A stretch of DNA of 64,000 bases from Parcubacteria group bacterium GW2011_GWA2_43_13 (GTDB lineage Bacteria; Patescibacteriota; Patescibacteriia; UBA9629; GWA2-43-13): NCBI GenBank assembly GCA_000999025.1, contig LCFM01000001.1:1198-65197 (forward strand). The letters run 5' to 3'. Below the pieces are notes generated by a model, which did no database searches, was not told the origin of the DNA, and saw only the letters and a list, made by a program, of their open reading frames with translations. Below, one piece after another: positions 51,954 through 58,045 of the stretch. Every line of letters begins with the position of its first letter. Position 1 is the stretch's first letter. The translations under genes were made by a program, and so were the position numbers.

Positions 51954-52690
51954 AGCATTCTATCTATTGGCACGGGGACCTGGCACTCCGCTTCGCTTCG
52001 GCCTGGGCATGGCACTTCTCCCTTCTTCAGGTGCTCACACTATAATAACCTACTTGTGGCTTGCCGCGGTCTTGGCCCCGTCACTTCGTTCGCTCATGCT
52101 CACTTCGGACAGGGCACGACACTCGCATATATTATTCAAACTTCAACGCTCTATCAAATGCTTCTGGCTTGCCACGACCGAGCCATCGAAAATGGCGAGT
52201 GTCGTGGAGATGGCGGGAATTTCACCCGCGTCTAAACAGTGTTTCATTTTTGGTGTGCCATCAGAGAGCATCTTTAAAATTTTGCGGAAAATGGTTAAAG
52301 ATGTTCAAAAAAACATTTCCGCTATCACCGATCAAGGGGTCAAAAGCGCCACGATGACAAGCACTTTCCAATCACCATGGTTGGCGCCAGTGATTCGCTA
52401 TGGTGACTCGCGAAGCTGACGGCATGTCACTGTTTAGGCGACAGCTGGTGCGAATGAAAAACCAGCAAAAGCTGATTTCACGCGCGCGACAAGATTCTTG
52501 GCATTTGTCGGCTTGGTTAAGAGATTAACGAGCGATCAACCACGCTCGAATGGCCAAAATATGAAACAATCTGCTTATCGAATAATACCATCCCCATGTT
52601 TGTGGGCTATTCGTAAAGATTCGTGATGTATTCGTGGCGAAGTATAATAAAAAACAACCCTGCCGTCAAGCCCATCGAGCAAAAAATAGG

Positions 52691-53323
52691 TTATTCCAAA
52701 CTAAACTCAACTAACTCTTTTTTTATCTTTTTCTCACTCACCTCAACCCCGGGCATAAAAACCACCTTTTCATCATATTTGACATCATCAAAATACGCTA
52801 ATTGTATTCTAAACAATTTACTGTTAAATTGTGTGCCAAATATGGATTCAGCTTGTTGTACAATCTCCTGCAACGAATGATAACCTTTCATAATAAAACG
52901 CAAATCAACATAATCCTTCCACTTTGCCCGCCGACCTAAAGCGTATGCTTTCATCGCGGCCAACGTGACTAAATTTGGCATTTTGATTATACCCTCAAAA
53001 TCTTCCGTGTATGCTATATCAAATGGATAATGATAAAACGTAACTTTTACATCCCCCACTAAAAAGGTTAATTCTCCTGATTTATCAACAATAACGTGGC
53101 TTATTTTTACAACTCGTTCAATTTTTTTCTTAAGAGCGGATGTCCTAAACTCCTTGTTTGAAAATAAATCAAAATCAATTGATTCTCTATGACCAATGTG
53201 TAAAGCGATAGCAGTACCTCCAACCAACCCATATTCTTTCCTCATGTACTTTAACAACGGCAATAATGCTACCTGTTCGTCTGTGAGTATTTCCTTATGC
53301 ATATTTATTAAAATACAAGGCAA
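52691..53323 (-). CDS. AbiEii/AbiGii-family nucleotidyltransferase (DUF1814-like), module 2
   Basis: GLVGGTAIALHIGHRESIDFDLF corresponds to the GGTAL...R.S.D(I/L)D(F/L) hallmark of AbiEii NTase toxins. Confidence 0.65.
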   Translation of the reverse strand: MPCILINMHKEILTDEQVALLPLLKYMRKEYGLVGGTAIALHIGHRESIDFDLFSNKEFRTSALKKKIERVVKISHVIVDKSGELTFLVGDVKVTFYHYPFDIAYTEDFEGIIKMPNLVTLAAMKAYALGRRAKWKDYVDLRFIMKGYHSLQEIVQQAESIFGTQFNSKLFRIQLAYFDDVKYDEKVVFMPGVEVSEKKIKKELVEFSLE

Positions 53324-53570
53324 AGTAATGCTTTACTTCCGCCCGATAATTTTGCCGACCCATTTTTGAGGGTTTGGATTTTTCACGAAAAATTTTAGCA
53401 ACTTTTTTGATGCCTAAAATCTTAATTAATGTCTGCACGTCATCCCAATCCCCATAATTCAGAGTTGCCTCCACAATGGACTCTGCCTTTAGTTTATCGT
53501 AATCCTTTACCCACCAAATAAGATGTTTTCTTTCTTTAATAAAATCATGAATGGTCATAGTCAAATACAT
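53295..53570 (-). CDS. Small partner protein of NTase module 2 (candidate antitoxin)
   Basis: 91 aa; overlaps both flanking genes; weak similarity to the 54176..54406 product (W..., .DWDD/.YWDT..L..IL motifs). Confidence 0.4.
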   Translation of the reverse strand: MYLTMTIHDFIKERKHLIWWVKDYDKLKAESIVEATLNYGDWDDVQTLIKILGIKKVAKIFREKSKPSKMGRQNYRAEVKHYFALYFNKYA

Positions 53571-54258
53571 CCTTTTCTAATTTTTCTGCTTCTTTCAAAA
53601 AAAATTTCTTCCAATGATTATGATTAAACGGTTGTACCATGCGCGGATAATCTTTCAATTTTTGCGCCTGAATAAACTGTGTCCCCAATTGAAGCGGGTC
53701 AATATGCCAGTCGAATTTTATCTTTGCTTTCTTCGTAATATCTGAAAGTGAAAATGGATACGTCTGCAAAATAAAAAAAAGATCAATAAAATCCCTGGCC
53801 GTTAAGCGCTGGTATATGGTAAAAAGTTTATTCACCGCTAAATCTATAATACTCTCAACCCGTATCCCCTCCTGCTGGAGAGGATTTTCAATCGGAGAAA
53901 ACGGGAAATAGGTGAATTCCATTTTGAGTATTTCACTGTTTTTAAGCGTCAAAAAATAGATATGACGGTTAAAGGTATGCTGAAAATCAATGTCAGTGAT
54001 TGCAAGTTCTTTTCGTAAAGATGTCAAAAAAACATGGATCATCTCAGGGTCAACTTCTTCTTGTGAGAACAAATCAAGATCTTCGGAAAACCGATGATGC
54101 AAATAAAACCCTGCCAAAGCGGTACCGCCGGTTAAAACAAACTGGTCATTTATATCTTTAGCTTGAGATATTTTTTTAATGACTTTTCTTTGGGATGCGG
54201 TAAGAATTTTCTTTGTCATGGATAAAAAGGTTAAGAAACTCCCGCCGGTGAGGATCAA
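53545..54258 (-). CDS. AbiEii/AbiGii-family nucleotidyltransferase (DUF1814-like), module 1
   Basis: LTGGTALAGFYLHHRFSEDLDLF. The likely true start is MTKKILT at 54219. Confidence 0.65.
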   Translation of the reverse strand: MILTGGSFLTFLSMTKKILTASQRKVIKKISQAKDINDQFVLTGGTALAGFYLHHRFSEDLDLFSQEEVDPEMIHVFLTSLRKELAITDIDFQHTFNRHIYFLTLKNSEILKMEFTYFPFSPIENPLQQEGIRVESIIDLAVNKLFTIYQRLTARDFIDLFFILQTYPFSLSDITKKAKIKFDWHIDPLQLGTQFIQAQKLKDYPRMVQPFNHNHWKKFFLKEAEKLEKDVFDYDHS

Positions 54259-54406
54259 TGTTCAGTGTATCCCAGTACTTGCGAAGTTCTTGCATAGAGA
54301 GCTTTTCTTTGCCAATGCCAAAATTAATTAGCTGTTCAAGTCGCCATTTAGCATACTGTTTTTTACCTTTTTTCAGCGCTGTTGTATCTGTAGACCAATT
54401 GTACAT
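54176..54406 (-). CDS. Small partner protein of NTase module 1 (candidate antitoxin)
   Basis: 76 aa, first gene of the apparent four-gene operon; overlaps the NTase gene. Confidence 0.4.
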   Translation of the reverse strand: MYNWSTDTTALKKGKKQYAKWRLEQLINFGIGKEKLSMQELRKYWDTLNIDPHRREFLNLFIHDKENSYRIPKKSH

Positions 54407-54420
54407 AAAATGTATTCTAA

Positions 54421-54452
54421 ACCACCCCTATCCCCTCCTTTTAGAGGAAGGA
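54421..54452. repeat. Family B hairpin in the 5' UTR of the NTase operon
   Basis: CCCCTATCCCCTCCTTTTAGAGGAAGG. Confidence 0.6.
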
Positions 54453-54463
54453 TATTTACCTGT

Positions 54464-54493
54464 ATTATAGCATAGAATTGAAATTTTAGACAA
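54464..54493 (-). promoter_or_regulatory. Sigma70-type promoter for the small-protein/NTase operon
   Basis: Minus strand: TTGTCT, 18 nt, TGcTATAAT (extended -10), about 55 nt upstream of the ATG at 54406. Confidence 0.55.
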
Positions 54494-54539
54494 TAACGTA
54501 TTATCAAAAATAGGGCTTATTTTAGCTAATCTCTGGTTG

Positions 54540-54568
54540 TTGACAATAATTACAAGATATGGTACTAT
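54540..54568 (+). promoter_or_regulatory. Sigma70-type promoter firing rightward toward the GC-rich island
   Basis: TTGACA, 17 nt, TGgTACTAT (extended -10). Confidence 0.55.
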
Positions 54569-54762
54569 GGCATGTTTTCTGAAAACTGAAGTTGAGAGTT
54601 GATCAAACGTGCGGTGTAAGGCCTTGTGTCGTACATCGCGCGCTCTGATGAGCTCTTAATACATGTAAGAATAGTACAAATCACGAAAAAACTGATACAT
54701 CCAAGATATTAAGCGATTGTGAGTTGCGTGACTTGTACTTATTTTCATTCAATTGGTGGGCG

Positions 54763-54852
54763 ACCTCACCCTAACCCTCTCCTTATAAAGGAGAGGGAAA
54801 CGAATCCCCCCTTAAGAGGGGAACGACGCGCCTCCTTCCTTGAGGAAGGTGG
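54763..54852. repeat. Cluster of about 3 family B hairpin units in the long leader of the GC-rich island
   Basis: CCCTCTCCTTATAAAGGAGAGGG .. CCCCCCTTAAGAGGGG .. CCTCCTTCCTTGAGGAAGGTGG. Confidence 0.7.
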
Positions 54853-55140
54853 CACCCGCAGGGTGACGGAAGGTGTTACCACTAATTGACTTGCCCAGTC
54901 CTCGTGACTGGGGCTCACTTCATATCTGATAATACACAACCGATATTCGTATCATTTGCATGAATTTGTATATTTGCGTCGCATTTGTCAGATAAAAAGT
55001 GGGACTTTCGTGAGCGTGGGTATGTTGCCTGCGCTTAATGCGTCGTTCATCGACAACGAGTTGAGGTTACGTTGTCCCCTACCTCAACTACACTTCACAA
55101 CGCATCACGCAAGTGATGCGCTCTCGTAAGGAGCTTCAAA

Positions 55141-56262
55141 ATGCGTCAAAAACTGAGTTTTCAACTCTACCTCATCAAGACCGGTGACGAGAGGAAAGAC
55201 AAAGGAAACGGAACTGCGGAAGCGTTGCTCGTCGAAATCACGGACCTTGACCAAACGGGTCCGTATGAGTTGTACTGCGAGAATGGGATCATGGCCGAAG
55301 GCGACCGCGCAGCGATCCAGAAATTTCTCGAGGCGGAGGTTGCCAAGCAACCGACGGCCGAAGAAGAGCTTCTTGCCGAGACGCAAGACGAGCTCGCCAC
55401 AAGGACGAGCGAGCTACGTGCTGTCCAGGGGACGGCACGGCAGATCGCCGGCGAGCGCGACGTGGCGGTTGCCCAGCGGGATGAATCCCGCCTCGGGCAC
55501 GATCTGATCGTGAACAAGCTCGCCGAAGTCGCGAAAGCGAATGGCGAGCTCCAGGAGACGTTCGAGCAAACGTACGAGAAGCTCACCGACGCTCAGGCCG
55601 ACGTGTTGTCGGCGAAAAGCGAGCTCAGGACCGCGAACGATGCCTTGGCTTGGATGCGTGCGCGGATGACAAACTTTCTTGGCATGATCGGCCTCACGGC
55701 CAATCTCATCAACGACTCCAACGCAGATCATAACGTAACAGCAAGGATCTACGAAATCAAACAACATACGGCCTGGTACTGCGGTGTCACTGGTCTCGTC
55801 GTCGGCGGGATCATCGTCGGCGCCATCTGGCTCTTCACGACGGCGTTCGACGGCTGTGCGGGGAAACCCAACAACCAGCCGCCGACACTGTCGGTTACGC
55901 CGACAGCGACGACGGTCGAGATCGGGAAGGTCGCGACGGTGTCCTACGATGTCACCGACCCTGACGACAAGAAGCATGACGTCGAGGTTGTGACCAGTCC
56001 CAAAATCGGGAAGGTCACAGTCGACCAGGAATCGAAGACTCTGACGTACACCTCCGATGGCATCAGCCTCGGGGATGATACGTTCCAGGTCGTCGCAAAA
56101 GACAAAGAGTCCACCTCACCCGCTATTGACGTCAACGTTACCGTCAACGCCGCTCCGGCGCCCACCCCACCCGCCACGACTGGCGGCGGTGGGACGACAC
56201 CGCTGGCCGACGACTGGGATAAGGTAACGATCCCCGACGTGTCGGGGATCAAAGGACGCTAA
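55141..56262 (+). CDS. High-GC island gene 1: coiled-coil / single-TM / cadherin-like (bacterial Ig-like) domain protein
   Basis: AAGGAG 8 nt upstream of ATG. N-terminal coiled coil, TM (GLVVGGIIVGAIWLF), then VTDPDDKKHDVEV..TYTSDGISLGDDTFQVVAKDKESTSPAIDVNVTVN (cadherin/VCBS-like). About 60% GC against ~40% background. Confidence 0.7.
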   Translation: MRQKLSFQLYLIKTGDERKDKGNGTAEALLVEITDLDQTGPYELYCENGIMAEGDRAAIQKFLEAEVAKQPTAEEELLAETQDELATRTSELRAVQGTARQIAGERDVAVAQRDESRLGHDLIVNKLAEVAKANGELQETFEQTYEKLTDAQADVLSAKSELRTANDALAWMRARMTNFLGMIGLTANLINDSNADHNVTARIYEIKQHTAWYCGVTGLVVGGIIVGAIWLFTTAFDGCAGKPNNQPPTLSVTPTATTVEIGKVATVSYDVTDPDDKKHDVEVVTSPKIGKVTVDQESKTLTYTSDGISLGDDTFQVVAKDKESTSPAIDVNVTVNAAPAPTPPATTGGGGTTPLADDWDKVTIPDVSGIKGR

Positions 56263-56328
56263 CAACCAAGGCAATGGCGTGGGGGAGGAGAAATACAACC
56301 CCACGCACTCTCTTAAGGAGTTCGACGA

Positions 56329-57315
56329 ATGAAACGAATTTTCGTTCCGCTCTTCGTGTTTGGAATCGTGAGTGCCTCCTATGGTCAAGTGGACCCGGAG
56401 GCACGGTCGCGCACGGTGGTGTTGAAACAAGAGCTCGCAAAGCAAGGTGGCGCTCTGAACAACCTCGATACGCGGCTCACCGCCGTCGAGGGAAAACCGG
56501 CGCCGAAGACGCCAAGTTCAGGGCACGACGTTACAGCGCGACAAATGGCGTTGTGGCTCGCAGAACGAGCGTTTGTGCGGGATGGCTATACACCCGAAGC
56601 CGCACAGGCCGAAGCCGCCCGTGTGATCACGGGGGGACTCGGGAAAAACGCTCGTCTCCGCGAGTTGCGCGCGTATGCCACGGCATACGCACTCCGCGAC
56701 CCATCGAAACTCATCGGCGACGTGGAGCGCAACGTAAACACAAAAATCGTCGGGTTGAAAACCGACGTCGACGCGCTTGCCGGACGCGTCGGAAAGAACG
56801 AAACGACCCTGACGGAACAGGGCACCAGCCTCGGCGTCGTCGAGACAGACTTGAAAGCCCTGAAATACGGGCTCAAGGCCACGATCAACGATGCGATCAC
56901 GGCGAAGTGCGTCGGCTATTACACGAAAGCCGACGCCGACGCCGCGGTCACGAAGGCCATCTTCGAAGCAGTTACAAAGCTACAGACAGATGGTCTCATG
57001 ACCAGTGCCAAGGAGGTTCGTGAGTTCGTCGGCGACGCTCTCGCGCCATACGCGAAGGGCGCCGAGCTCGCGGTAGTGCTCAAGCAAACCCTCGCGCTCA
57101 CGAGCGAACTGATCGGATTCGTCCCCCACGTCAAGGTAGACGTAAGGGGATCCGACGATCACTACCGCGACGCGCGAATCGGCGAGCTGACCGCCATCGA
57201 AAACGCCCTCAAGGCGGCGATGGCACCGGACAAGCCGGCGGAGGCGACGACGCCTTCCGCCGCGGACGATCACGAACACGAAGCCAACCTCGAATTCGAC
57301 TTCATCACCCAGTAG
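56329..57315 (+). CDS. High-GC island gene 2: secreted coiled-coil protein
   Basis: AAGGAG RBS; signal peptide MKRIFVPLFVFGIVSASYG; long alpha-helical/coiled-coil body. Confidence 0.65.
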   Translation: MKRIFVPLFVFGIVSASYGQVDPEARSRTVVLKQELAKQGGALNNLDTRLTAVEGKPAPKTPSSGHDVTARQMALWLAERAFVRDGYTPEAAQAEAARVITGGLGKNARLRELRAYATAYALRDPSKLIGDVERNVNTKIVGLKTDVDALAGRVGKNETTLTEQGTSLGVVETDLKALKYGLKATINDAITAKCVGYYTKADADAAVTKAIFEAVTKLQTDGLMTSAKEVREFVGDALAPYAKGAELAVVLKQTLALTSELIGFVPHVKVDVRGSDDHYRDARIGELTAIENALKAAMAPDKPAEATTPSAADDHEHEANLEFDFITQ

Positions 57316-57336
57316 AGACCTGGGTGTATGCTACAC

Positions 57337-57397
57337 ATCGGATTGGAATGGAATCATACACAACGCTGTATTGAGACCACCAATCCGATTTTTTTAT
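57337..57397 (+). terminator. Terminator-like hairpin after island gene 2
   Basis: ATCGGATTGG...CCAATCCGAT followed by TTTTTTT. Confidence 0.5.
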
Positions 57398-57410
57398 TTA
57401 CGAAAAACAT

Positions 57411-57440
57411 CCCCCTACCCTCTCCTTGGCAAGGAGAGAA
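57411..57440. repeat. Family B hairpin unit at the right edge of the GC island
   Basis: CCCCCTACCCTCTCCTTGGCAAGGAGAGAA. Confidence 0.65.
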
Positions 57441-57460
57441 AAATTCTAAAATGTCTCTCC

Positions 57461-57721
57461 TTATTTCCTATAAACATCTTTGCGATGACCAATAGTGACA
57501 AACAATGCAACGCCACTCTCTATAAAAACAAAAATTACTCGATACTCTCGAGTAATACGAAAAGAAAAGGCCATGTGCTAATCTACTAATTTTTTAACAT
57601 GCAACCGCGAATCACGCCAATCGGCACAAAAAATATCTTCTTGTTTGTGGTACAATCCCTGAATATGCGCAGGAAGTTTATGAAATCTCTTACGAAATTC
57701 ATCGGCATACAGAACTTTCAT
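57461..57721 (-). pseudogene. RelE/ParE-family toxin gene interrupted by one in-frame amber codon
   Basis: MKVLYADEFRKRFHKLPAHIQGLYHKQEDIFCADWRDSRLHVKKLVD, then TAG, then HMAFSFRITREYRVIFVFIESGVALFVTIGHRKDVYRK. The halves match the N- and C-terminal parts of RelE/ParE; ATGA overlap with the antitoxin gene. Confidence 0.6.
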
Positions 57722-57948
57722 AACCTCGAAGATACTTTACCATTGTGCCAATCTTGTATACCTCGCTTAAACGATGACTTTAACGCCTGTGGTTGATCGT
57801 AATTGGCAAAAGCATCTTTAGGAAATTCTGAAGCGATCCCTTCTAACACGCGCACACTAAAATCATGCAAAGAAAGACCATATGATAAAGCTAACCCCTG
57901 CAATCGCCGAGCAGATTTAGGAGGTAATTTTATTGTTACTGTTTCCAT
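57718..57948 (-). CDS. Ribbon-helix-helix (CopG/ParD-like) antitoxin
   Basis: METVTIKLPPKSARRLQGLALSYGLSLHDFSVRVLEGI: beta strand plus two helices; upstream of and translationally coupled to the toxin remnant. Confidence 0.6.
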   Translation of the reverse strand: METVTIKLPPKSARRLQGLALSYGLSLHDFSVRVLEGIASEFPKDAFANYDQPQALKSSFKRGIQDWHNGKVSSRL

Positions 57949-58016
57949 ACATCTTTTACTATACTACACAAATACTCCCTATGACAATAGTCGCAAGCAT
58001 TACACAAAAGACGCTC

Positions 58017-58043
58017 CACCGGAGCGTCTCTACAATATCATCA
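58017..58043. repeat. Family A variant just downstream of the giant gene
   Basis: AAAGACGCTCCACCGGAGCGTCTCTAC. Confidence 0.65.
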
Positions 58044-58045
58044 TG

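Noticed and set aside
52411-52480. GAAGCTGAC ... AGCTGATTTCAC resembling RNase P RNA 5' and 3' termini
   Set aside because: The two strings are only about 50 nt apart, and no P4 (GGAAAGUCCGG / ACAGAA.CCGGCUUA) elements are present on either strand. Kept only as a weak hint in the ncRNA finding.
54630-54700. CUGAUGAG ... CGAAA strings suggestive of a hammerhead ribozyme core in the long leader
   Set aside because: The sequence between the two boxes cannot form a proper stem II directly flanked by GAAA, and no stem I/III partners are evident. Most likely chance.
56274-57023. 249-aa Arg-rich plus-strand ORF in the GC island (alternative frame), plus several minus-strand ORFs at 55105-56900
   Set aside because: Arg/Pro-rich low-complexity translations are typical of wrong frames in high-GC DNA. 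The two frame-1 ORFs have RBSs, a signal peptide/TM and sensible composition.
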